Shown piece by piece: positions 27,044-35,159 of a stretch of 35,159 nt of DNA (position 1 is its first letter; every line of letters starts with the position of its first letter). Origin of the DNA: a virus (taxonomy: Duplodnaviria; Caudoviricetes); the IMG/VR virus record IMGVR_UViG_3300038675_000532, positions 1-35,159 of that record; one strand, given 5' to 3'. The translations under genes and the position numbers were made by a program. The notes beneath the pieces were generated by a model. That model was not told the DNA's origin. It did no database searches and saw only the letters and a list, made by a program, of their open reading frames with translations.

Positions 27044-30000
27044 CCTTGGTACGGTAGTCGCTACCGTATCTGATTTTACGTTTACTGAATTAGATATGGG
27101 CGACGCCACCATAACCTGTGACGTTAAATTTCAGGCCGCTACCGATCCAAGTTTCGCCCTTACGTGGTACGTCACGTTCAAGGGCGAGAACTTTTATTTG
27201 GCGACGTTAAAACCTCCCGCAGTTAAGGACACGTCTTCCCTATATTATACTTATTCGCTCACGTTCAAATCCGAAAGGGAGAACCTTAAGAGGTATATGA
27301 TGTCCGATTTCGCCGAGATGCCGATAGGCGAGACGGCATTGGTTCCGCAATCAACGGATTTCTCGTTCTATGGCGACTTGGAACAGTTCAAGGACAGGTT
27401 TAACCTTAATTTGGCGTATTGGTTCGGCAGTAGATGGGAGATGGAGATAAACCCGTCTTATACCCCGGATACGACGGTTCTTGTTACCTGTAACTATACT
27501 TATCTTTGGGATTTATTGGCCCAAGTTTACGACATTTTCGGGGTAAGATGGTATATCGCCGAAGAAACGGGCGTAATGAAGATAAAAGTAGCCTACGCAC
27601 CCGAAGAGATAACGCACATATTCGAGTACGGTAAATCTTCCGGTACGGACAAGGGTTTGGTGAGCGTTACCCGCAACAATCCTCTCAACGATATTTATAC
27701 CCGTATGTCCGGTAAAGGTTCGTCAAGGAACGTGCCATCAAATTATTTTAAGGACGCTACAACGGAATTTCCCATAGCAGATCCCGATAGGAACGATCTT
27801 TTGAAGTTTGTATATTTTCCCAACCTCATGCCGAAAATGTACAGGGATTATATGAAGGGATGGAACCAATCAGAGGCCGAAGGGGAGAGATTGGCGGGAC
27901 AAACCGACGCATGGTATCAGGGTTATGATGATGAAGATAGTGCCAGCGCCATAAATCCAACGGATTATCTTTTATCCGATAACGCTTCCATATATGGCGT
28001 TAGATGCGGAGTATTGGAGCCAAACGAAGATATTTACCCCACGTTACAAGGAGCTACCGATGGGGTATTGGGCGAACTTGACGCCGTGATAGCCGTTGAA
28101 GAAGTCACCAACGATGTTTATGAGGAAGATAGTTCGTATTATACCATTGATGGCGACAGTACGGAGGATATCCCCTCTATTTCGGCCAACTTATCCGTAA
28201 ATTACAACGATAATGATACCGTTTCTAAGGTGTCGGACACGTTTTTTGTGCTTGAGGCCGACAACAAAATAGACTTTAAATTTTCCGTGGCGGCCAATAC
28301 CATAGACCAGGGATGGGGAAGTTACGAGATAGATCCCTCTTATGGATTTACTGTTGGCGTGGTGGTAAGCCTGCACAAAGCCTCGGACGATTCTTTGGTG
28401 GACAGTTATTCTGTTTCAGCGGCCATGTCGGGAGAGAGTTCGTTCTCTAATGTCACGGCCGACGAATATTACCTTAAAATAACGACCACAATAGATAATG
28501 ACACTACTGTAGACGAGCCAGCGAGAGGTGGTGGTGATACAACAGTATATTACGATATTTCCACGGTAACGTCATTGGGCAACGTAAAGATATACGATTA
28601 CGGTACGGAAACGGCCATAGGAAACTACAAGCAGACGTTCGATATATGGATAAAGAACGTATGGGGAAGTACCAAAGATGGGGGCGAAACCGACGAGGAA
28701 TATGTCCATAGAATATGGGATCCATTGTTGACCGTTCAGGATATAACCGTTATGTGGTCTGACGGTATGTTGGCCGGAGATGATTACGAGTTTAAAGTAG
28801 CTAAGATAAACGGGATATGGCAGATATTTTACGATACCTCAAAAAGTAGCGGAGGGGTGGATTCTGAATGGAGATTGACATTGATAAAATCTGACGCTGA
28901 ACTCGAAGCGTCCAAAAAACAGTTGCCGAATATTTCCCAAAACTCGGTTGAAGGCGACCATTTCTTTTTTATAAACATAAATATGCCGTATGATCCATAT
29001 GTTTACGCGGCGGAAGAAAGGGTGCAAGAATGGATAGAAGATGAACTTTCATTGGTTGACGGCGAATTTCCGACATATTCCATCACGCCTTCAAAAATAT
29101 TCATGGATTCGTTCGCGGATGTTGAGCTTTTAAGGGCTGGAAACTTGGTGAGACTAAAAGATGTGAGGTTGATAGGCGCAACGTATATCACGCAACACAT
29201 TACCTCTTTGGTTTTAAATTATACGGCTTCATCCATGTTACCGGAATGGGAACTCACAATATCCGACGCGGTAACGGTGAACAACAATCCCATATCTTTG
29301 TTACAGGGGCAGATAAACCAAATAAATTCCAATGCTTCGGCAAAATACTTAAAAATAGAGGACATCGCCAAATCCCTGAACGGAACATTCTTGAGAAAAG
29401 ACGGTGTGGCCGATACTTCTTATTCGGCAACCACGTTCAAAGAGGGCGTTACGATAGAAAAAAGCGTGGTATCCGATGATTTCGTTCGAGGAGATTTTGG
29501 GGGAACCGGTATGGGACTATATAGGGACGCCAATGGAGCCACGGTAGTGGAAGCGGATAAATTCGTGGCCAGAAAAGAGATGAGAGTTAACGAGCTTATC
29601 ATCAACCAAGCGGAGTTTTTGGGAGGTAAAAAGGTTTATTCGGCGGCCGGAATAGAGGTAACGGCGGTTACGGACGAAACAACGTCGTTCAGGCTCTATT
29701 TCGACACCAAGAACGGAACAAGACCCAATCAATTCACGGTAAATGACCAAGCCTTTTGTCAAAGATATGATCCAAACACGGGATCGGCGATAAAATATTA
29801 TTGGTCGTTGGTAACGGCTGTTGGCGTGGATTATATAGAGATTGATAAAACGGATTCCGATGGCGCCGGTATGCCGACAGCGGGAGATACGGTAGTACAG
29901 ATGGGACACAGAACCAACGCGGCCAGACAATCATGTTTGATAATAGACCAACTAAATGGTGGTTCCGTCGTTCAATACGCCGGTATTTCGGGTTTCAGCC

Positions 30001-32816
30001 TTACGGACAAAAACTTCGTGGGATACGGCGTAAATCCAAGCACGGGAGAGGCTTATAATTATACCTATGGCGAATCTTATTTTGGTGACAGGGATATAGA
30101 CGATCCAGACGCCACTTTTGTCACGTTCCAACAGAAAATAGGCGACACGGCCAAAAAAGTATATATAAAGGGAGAAGTAACGATAGGATCGGGAAGTTCG
30201 GGGCTTTCAAATCTTTCGGAGTGGAGCGATGTGGAAACTACCCTTGGACGTTTACAGGATCAGATAGATGGACAAATAATAGCTTGGTTCCAGGAATATG
30301 ATCCCACATTATTAAATTATCCTGTTACCGAATGGACAACCGATGCCTTAAAAGACCAGCATTTAAACGACACGTTCACCAACACGCTTACGGGAGGATG
30401 CTGGAGGTTCCAAAAAGTAGCGGGAGTTTATTCATGGGGAGTTATAGCTGACACCGCGACGCAACAGGCTTTAGTGGCGGCGGCAGCGGCACAGGATACG
30501 GCTGACGGCAAAAAAAGAGTGTTTACTGCCACACCTACAACGCCTTATGATGTGGGAGATTTATGGAGCGGGTTAAGCGCCGGAGACTTAAAGGTCTGCA
30601 CCACGGCCAGAGCGAGTGGGGCTTATGTAGCGGGGGATTGGGTTTTGGCTTCAAAATATACAGACGATACTACGGCTTTGGCCGCGCAAACAGCCGCCAA
30701 CAACGCCCAAACATCAGCTAATACAGCCAATTCCCTATTGTCAGATATTGCGAGCGACAGTAAGTTAACTCCATCGGAAAAACAGGCTACGAAGCTCGAA
30801 TGGGATGTTATTGTGGCGGAGAAGAGCAAGATAGACGCTCAAGCGGATTATTACGGTGTTTCAAAGACCGCTTATGGAACCGCTTACACTACGTTAAGTT
30901 CTTACATAACTCCTTTATTGGCGGACTTGGCCGTTACGTCGAACATAACAGGAACCACGTTCAGGAGCAATTTCGCTGGATATTACGCGGCCAGACAAGA
31001 TGTTCTGGACGACATAGCGGAAGCCGCTAAAGACTTGGCGGACGAGGCGCAGAGTACCGCCATCGCCTCGGCTTTGGTGGGGAATCCGAATTTGATACCG
31101 AATGGATGGAGGGCTGTGACAAGTGAAGTCTCACAATATAACTTTGATACTTCAGCTGCGTTATCGTTAGAAGCAGGCAAGACATATACCCTCACGGCAA
31201 GAGGAAACAAAATAAGCGGGACATCATATCTTAGGGTATATATTTACAAATCTGGATGGACGCAAGAATCATATATATCAATAACCGAAACGAGTATAAC
31301 GACAAAATCGGTAACTATAACGCCAATATCTTCCGGCACATTTTATGTCGGGGCATATAATTTCCCTTCCAGTAGTGGAAATACTACCTGTTATCTTGAA
31401 TGGGTAATGCTTCAAGAAGGAACTGTTTACATCGACCAAAACACTACCTTCAAACAGACCGCTTTGGAGGACGTGACGAACAAGGAGAATTTGTTGGAGA
31501 ATAGCGTGAGTAGGAGTTTAACGGCGGGAGGTGCTGATAATTATGCTTCAATTCCCCTCGCAATAAAATCCTATCATTCTTCTTTTCCCTCCGCACAAAT
31601 ATTGTTATTAAAAGGTTTATACACGATTACGATTAATGGATCAACGCTTTCATCAGGCTCTGTTTATTCAGTAAGGTTATTTAATATCAGTACCTGGAGT
31701 TTTACGAATTCGCCTTTGGTTGTTGATACAGTTCCCGTTGGTTCAAGTTGGACTGCTACATTCAGAGTGCCTTCTGGTAATTTTGTATTAAATGTGTATG
31801 CGGGAGTTTTCGGTGCTACTGCAGGAAAAACCATCACCATAGAAAATATCATGCTCCAATACGGCCCGTTCTCTACTCCGTGGAAACCGTGCCTGAACAA
31901 CCTTACAACGGCGTTACAGGGAACAACCGAGATAGACGGTGGATTGATACTCTCAAACCTTATAGCCATCAGAAACGCTCTTGGAACGATCACAGCGGGA
32001 ATATCAGGGGTGGATGAAGATATAACATTGTGGGGCGGCGCTACTTATGCCGAGGCTGTAACAGCTTCGGAAGGGGGAGCCAAAATACCCGTTCTTTTGA
32101 CAAAAGCGGGAGATGGTTCAAATATAGGATGCTTGGAAGTTGTGGACGAAGATACGGTAAAGATAAACAATGGAGAATTTATCGTCACCCTAACGACAAA
32201 AACTATAGCTGAAACGGTCGCGAGCCTCGAAACGGTGACGTTGCATAGAACAGCGGCGCTAAATCCCGTAAGTATAGGTAACAATACATTGGTATCAAGC
32301 ACATTGACTAAGACGGCCACCTACAATAGGTTTATTACAGGTGGTACGATACCTATTTCCGTATCCTATGGCCCCGGATATACATACTTCGGTGAGGACT
32401 TCATGTTTTATGTGGTGGTGAACGGTGTGGCAACACAGATAGGCAATACCGTTTATATGACGGGATTGAACCCTGCTGGGGCTGTCGTCAACAGAACAAT
32501 CACCATACCGCGATCCGTACTCGATTTCGCCGCCACAGCGGGTTGGGCGGTGTCGCTCAGATTGACGAGGGTTTCCTATTCCGAGGGCGGTACGCCATCG
32601 GCAACAGCATCGTTCAGCAACTGCAAGACGGAGTTCGCCGAGGTAAATAAACAAATGATCATAGCAAACGACGGTTTTTGTGTGTCAAAGGACGCAAAGA
32701 ACGTGTTCAAGATTTACGGTGACAGTGCCGACCTTGCCCTGTCGTTCAACGGAAAGATAGGGTCATCGAGAGGAACATTGAGCGTGGATGGAAGCGGATT
32801 CTTAAAACTAACGTAA
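27021..32816 (+). CDS. Large tail tip/fibre protein (Tal/central fibre with carbohydrate-binding-like modules)
   Basis: 1931 aa; Tal-like N-term (F.YG...GL..V.R, TR..G.GS.RN.P), LQDQIDG and DGKKRVF.ATP..PYDVGDLW modules, two NL(I/L)xN...MLQxG CBM-like modules. Confidence 0.85.
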   Translation: MALQIKNSLGTVVATVSDFTFTELDMGDATITCDVKFQAATDPSFALTWYVTFKGENFYLATLKPPAVKDTSSLYYTYSLTFKSERENLKRYMMSDFAEMPIGETALVPQSTDFSFYGDLEQFKDRFNLNLAYWFGSRWEMEINPSYTPDTTVLVTCNYTYLWDLLAQVYDIFGVRWYIAEETGVMKIKVAYAPEEITHIFEYGKSSGTDKGLVSVTRNNPLNDIYTRMSGKGSSRNVPSNYFKDATTEFPIADPDRNDLLKFVYFPNLMPKMYRDYMKGWNQSEAEGERLAGQTDAWYQGYDDEDSASAINPTDYLLSDNASIYGVRCGVLEPNEDIYPTLQGATDGVLGELDAVIAVEEVTNDVYEEDSSYYTIDGDSTEDIPSISANLSVNYNDNDTVSKVSDTFFVLEADNKIDFKFSVAANTIDQGWGSYEIDPSYGFTVGVVVSLHKASDDSLVDSYSVSAAMSGESSFSNVTADEYYLKITTTIDNDTTVDEPARGGGDTTVYYDISTVTSLGNVKIYDYGTETAIGNYKQTFDIWIKNVWGSTKDGGETDEEYVHRIWDPLLTVQDITVMWSDGMLAGDDYEFKVAKINGIWQIFYDTSKSSGGVDSEWRLTLIKSDAELEASKKQLPNISQNSVEGDHFFFININMPYDPYVYAAEERVQEWIEDELSLVDGEFPTYSITPSKIFMDSFADVELLRAGNLVRLKDVRLIGATYITQHITSLVLNYTASSMLPEWELTISDAVTVNNNPISLLQGQINQINSNASAKYLKIEDIAKSLNGTFLRKDGVADTSYSATTFKEGVTIEKSVVSDDFVRGDFGGTGMGLYRDANGATVVEADKFVARKEMRVNELIINQAEFLGGKKVYSAAGIEVTAVTDETTSFRLYFDTKNGTRPNQFTVNDQAFCQRYDPNTGSAIKYYWSLVTAVGVDYIEIDKTDSDGAGMPTAGDTVVQMGHRTNAARQSCLIIDQLNGGSVVQYAGISGFSLTDKNFVGYGVNPSTGEAYNYTYGESYFGDRDIDDPDATFVTFQQKIGDTAKKVYIKGEVTIGSGSSGLSNLSEWSDVETTLGRLQDQIDGQIIAWFQEYDPTLLNYPVTEWTTDALKDQHLNDTFTNTLTGGCWRFQKVAGVYSWGVIADTATQQALVAAAAAQDTADGKKRVFTATPTTPYDVGDLWSGLSAGDLKVCTTARASGAYVAGDWVLASKYTDDTTALAAQTAANNAQTSANTANSLLSDIASDSKLTPSEKQATKLEWDVIVAEKSKIDAQADYYGVSKTAYGTAYTTLSSYITPLLADLAVTSNITGTTFRSNFAGYYAARQDVLDDIAEAAKDLADEAQSTAIASALVGNPNLIPNGWRAVTSEVSQYNFDTSAALSLEAGKTYTLTARGNKISGTSYLRVYIYKSGWTQESYISITETSITTKSVTITPISSGTFYVGAYNFPSSSGNTTCYLEWVMLQEGTVYIDQNTTFKQTALEDVTNKENLLENSVSRSLTAGGADNYASIPLAIKSYHSSFPSAQILLLKGLYTITINGSTLSSGSVYSVRLFNISTWSFTNSPLVVDTVPVGSSWTATFRVPSGNFVLNVYAGVFGATAGKTITIENIMLQYGPFSTPWKPCLNNLTTALQGTTEIDGGLILSNLIAIRNALGTITAGISGVDEDITLWGGATYAEAVTASEGGAKIPVLLTKAGDGSNIGCLEVVDEDTVKINNGEFIVTLTTKTIAETVASLETVTLHRTAALNPVSIGNNTLVSSTLTKTATYNRFITGGTIPISVSYGPGYTYFGEDFMFYVVVNGVATQIGNTVYMTGLNPAGAVVNRTITIPRSVLDFAATAGWAVSLRLTRVSYSEGGTPSATASFSNCKTEFAEVNKQMIIANDGFCVSKDAKNVFKIYGDSADLALSFNGKIGSSRGTLSVDGSGFLKLT

Positions 32817-32817
32817 C

Positions 32818-33237
32818 ATGAACACTATTGTAGACTTACGAAAAGAAAAACAAAAAAGGTTTGATGCCCAAAAGTGGACATCATTATCTTTGGAGATATT
32901 GGGAGTTGACAATATAACGGTATATTTGGTAGATGCCGTGGATATGAAAAATGATGATTATGTGTTTTATGGAATCTCCGAAAAACTTGTAATGCCGGAT
33001 TCATATAGATTATACATATTGCCATCGGCTTCCATATCCACAAAAAAAGACGTTATATGCCACGAATGTATCCATATAAAACAATACCAAGAGGGGAGGT
33101 TAAGGATTAAAGACAAATATACATTGGTATTCGAGAACAGGGAATATTATCCACCTTACAACCCAAAACAACCGCACGAAATTGAAGCTTTCGGCGGACA
33201 AAAACAACTCAGAAAAAAAGTAAATGGAAAATTTTAG
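32818..33237 (+). CDS. Putative zincin metallopeptidase (HExxH)
   Basis: VICHECIHIKQY...PHEIEAF. Confidence 0.7.
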   Translation: MNTIVDLRKEKQKRFDAQKWTSLSLEILGVDNITVYLVDAVDMKNDDYVFYGISEKLVMPDSYRLYILPSASISTKKDVICHECIHIKQYQEGRLRIKDKYTLVFENREYYPPYNPKQPHEIEAFGGQKQLRKKVNGKF

Positions 33238-33302
33238 CATCATTGAAGTTTTCGGTGGAAAAAAACAACTCATAAAAAAAGTTAATGGAAAATTTTAGCA
33301 TC
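33181..33302 (+). repeat. Imperfect 61-bp tandem duplication
   Basis: 33181-33241 versus 33242-33302, 5 mismatches. Confidence 0.95.
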
Positions 33303-33713
33303 GAAGAATTGGTTTGCTCCCATGTTTACAAAGTTTGGGGCGAGACGGCATGGAATTGGATGGATCCAAGATTACGCAAGTTTTTGGAATGGTTCAGAAA
33401 AGAAATAAACACGGAAGTTTACGTTAATTGGCCGGAAAAAGGATTGACGCAACGTGGGTTGAGGTGCAATATATGCCAACTCGTTAAGGATCAGACAAAA
33501 AAAGATAAAACATACAATTCTGCGCACATAAGGTTCCAAGCAATAGATTTTAATGTGAAGGGAATGACTTGCGAAAGTGTAAGAAAATGGTTAATTTTGC
33601 ATCAGAACGAGATTCCTGTTCCGATACGCATGGAGGCCGCGGATGGAATAGAAAGGGTTCATATAGACGTGTGCAACGGAAGCAACGATAAGATACAAAT
33701 GTTTAAAGGATGA
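33285..33713 (+). CDS. Endolysin, peptidase M15-like
   Basis: FSIEELVC, RGLRC, SAH...AID, VHID Zn-ligand motifs. Confidence 0.85.
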   Translation: MENFSIEELVCSHVYKVWGETAWNWMDPRLRKFLEWFRKEINTEVYVNWPEKGLTQRGLRCNICQLVKDQTKKDKTYNSAHIRFQAIDFNVKGMTCESVRKWLILHQNEIPVPIRMEAADGIERVHIDVCNGSNDKIQMFKG

Positions 33714-34015
33714 TTATTATGGAACAACTTTGGGACGCTATAAACGGATATGTGAATGTGCCGTACCTGTTCACCTTCATGTTGTTGGCTTATACCGCCA
33801 AGAAATATGCCGGAACTTGGCTTAAATCTAAGAACATCAAAACTGTTTACATAGTTTTGGGATTGGCGACAATAATCGCCATCCCTTACATATTTTTGGC
33901 CAAAGTCGGATGGAGCGAGATATTGTTCACTTATACCCTCGGAACATCCTTACATGAACTGTTCTTTAAGATCATAGAAAACAAGTTAAACCCGAAAGAT
34001 GATAAACGAATATAA
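33710..34015 (+). CDS. Small membrane protein, putative second holin/antiholin
   Basis: Three hydrophobic helices in 101 aa; directly after the endolysin. Confidence 0.6.
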   Translation: MIIMEQLWDAINGYVNVPYLFTFMLLAYTAKKYAGTWLKSKNIKTVYIVLGLATIIAIPYIFLAKVGWSEILFTYTLGTSLHELFFKIIENKLNPKDDKRI

Positions 34016-34397
34016 CCCACAGATATATCCCATGAGGTTTTGGGTAGCCATAAAACCTACATTAAAAGAATTGAGGGCTTCGTTCGATTCTGTTACGGAA
34101 AACATGGAACGGGTAGATTTTATGGAAGAAGTGATGCCAGATGCTTTTACGATAGCCACAACTACTTCCGTGTGCAAAAAAGGAAACGGATGGATGGGAA
34201 TGATGGTGATAGTAAATTATCCGAAAGAAATGAACGCCGGATTGATAACGCACGAATCAAGCCACGCCACGGATTATTTTTGCGAAAAATTGGGCATATT
34301 GCACGATGAGTTTAGAATAGGAGAACCATACGCTTATTTGGCTCAATGGTTCGCGAATAGGATAGAAGAAACGCTTAAAAAAAGCAGAGCTAAATGA
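33999..34397 (+). CDS. Hypothetical protein with HExxH (zincin-like) motif
   Basis: LITHESSHAT...EPYAYL..W. Confidence 0.65.
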   Translation: MINEYNPQIYPMRFWVAIKPTLKELRASFDSVTENMERVDFMEEVMPDAFTIATTTSVCKKGNGWMGMMVIVNYPKEMNAGLITHESSHATDYFCEKLGILHDEFRIGEPYAYLAQWFANRIEETLKKSRAK

Positions 34398-34984
34398 AAA
34401 AATACCTTTATATAACCATCTTGGTGTTAATGGCGATATCCGTGATATTGGCATTGGCGCTTAAATCTTCCGTACAGGAACGAGACAGGTTAACGGAGAA
34501 CCAATCATCATTGTTATCTGACGTAAAATATTACCGCAACAGGGACAGTTTATCCACGGCATCCATAGCGAGATTGGAACTCACAAAAAAAGAGATGCAG
34601 GAATATGAGACGGATCTTGTGGCGCAAATAAAATCGCTCAACATAAAACTAAACCGCCTACAATCCGCTTCTGTTACCGCTACGCAAACTACCGCGCCCG
34701 TACAGACAATAGTAAAGGACAGTATAATTTACGTTGAAGGCAAAGCCGATACCGTGTCATGTATATCTTTCAACGATCCTTGGATAACTTTGAACGGTTG
34801 CATATTAGACAACAATTTCAAGGGCTTGATAGTATCAAAAGATACCATTGTTCAGGTAGTTCACAGAGTGCCGAGAGAATTTTGGTTCATAAAATATGGA
34901 ACGAAGGGGATACGGCAGGAGATAACGTCAAAAAATCCTTACACGGAGATAACCTACTCCAAATATATAGAATTGGTACGTTAA
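34394..34984 (+). CDS. Putative spanin-like lysis protein (DUF6549-like)
   Basis: N-terminal TM anchor, coiled coil, beta-rich C-term with FWFIKYG; last gene of the lysis cluster. Confidence 0.6.
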   Translation: MKKYLYITILVLMAISVILALALKSSVQERDRLTENQSSLLSDVKYYRNRDSLSTASIARLELTKKEMQEYETDLVAQIKSLNIKLNRLQSASVTATQTTAPVQTIVKDSIIYVEGKADTVSCISFNDPWITLNGCILDNNFKGLIVSKDTIVQVVHRVPREFWFIKYGTKGIRQEITSKNPYTEITYSKYIELVR

Positions 34985-35159
34985 AAGGAAAATCTACAAC
35001 TGAATCCATCCTGCCTTTTGGTGTGCTTAGCGGGTAGTTACCGCCAAGTGTAAGAGACCGAAACGAACAGACAATTTGCTACTTAAAGACAGAAAAAGAA
35101 AAATGAAATAACGAACAGCCCACGCACAAAACTGCACATTTGCAAGCCCCGACACACAA

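Larger units (their letters stand above)
1..35000. mobile_element. Tailed phage/prophage genome segment (siphovirus-like, probable Bacteroidota host)
   Basis: Portal, TerL, capsid, major tail, 1724-aa tape measure, tail tip, holin/endolysin/spanin-like genes; no sheath gene; TAnnTTTG promoter elements. No integrase in the window, so lifestyle is not determined. Confidence 0.93.

Noticed and set aside
34759-35037. Overlapping ORF as an embedded o-spanin (Rz1-like)
   Set aside because: No hydrophobic signal peptide or lipobox before its Cys.
1-35159. DGR, CRISPR array, tRNA, integrase, intron/intein or stop-codon recoding
   Set aside because: No RT motifs, spaced repeats, cloverleafs or recombinase motifs seen by eye; genes are intact in code 11 and TAG, TGA and TAA all act as stops.

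Overview
The window is almost entirely a tailed dsDNA (pro)phage of siphovirus type. It most likely infects a Bacteroidota host, judging by TAnnTTTG -7 promoter elements, AT-rich start regions mostly lacking Shine-Dalgarno sequences, and a DUF3127-type SSB. Left arm (1-12.9 kb, + strand): nucleotide metabolism, recombination and replication genes (dNTP-diphosphohydrolase/HAD fusion, VRR-NUC, SSB, YqaJ exonuclease, SMC/Rad50-like ATPase, DNA methyltransferase, SF2 helicase, DnaA-domain-IV-like protein), with the portal gene and an FN3 ORF embedded among them. The large terminase is the only substantial minus-strand gene and is transcribed divergently from the head-tail operon (scaffold, decoration, major capsid, neck, major tail, chaperone, tape measure, tail tip), which is followed by a lysis region. 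The most interesting signals are: (i) an unannotated Com-like Zn-ribbon leader ORF followed by short direct repeats that overlap an intrinsic terminator ahead of the capsid operon, a candidate antitermination switch; (ii) an in-frame T-TTA-AAA slippery heptamer that could fuse an FN3 domain to the portal; (iii) an identical 15-mer upstream of the separated portal and terminase genes; (iv) a 61-bp tandem duplication that creates a chimeric mini-ORF before the endolysin. All family assignments come from motif recognition by eye, not database searches.
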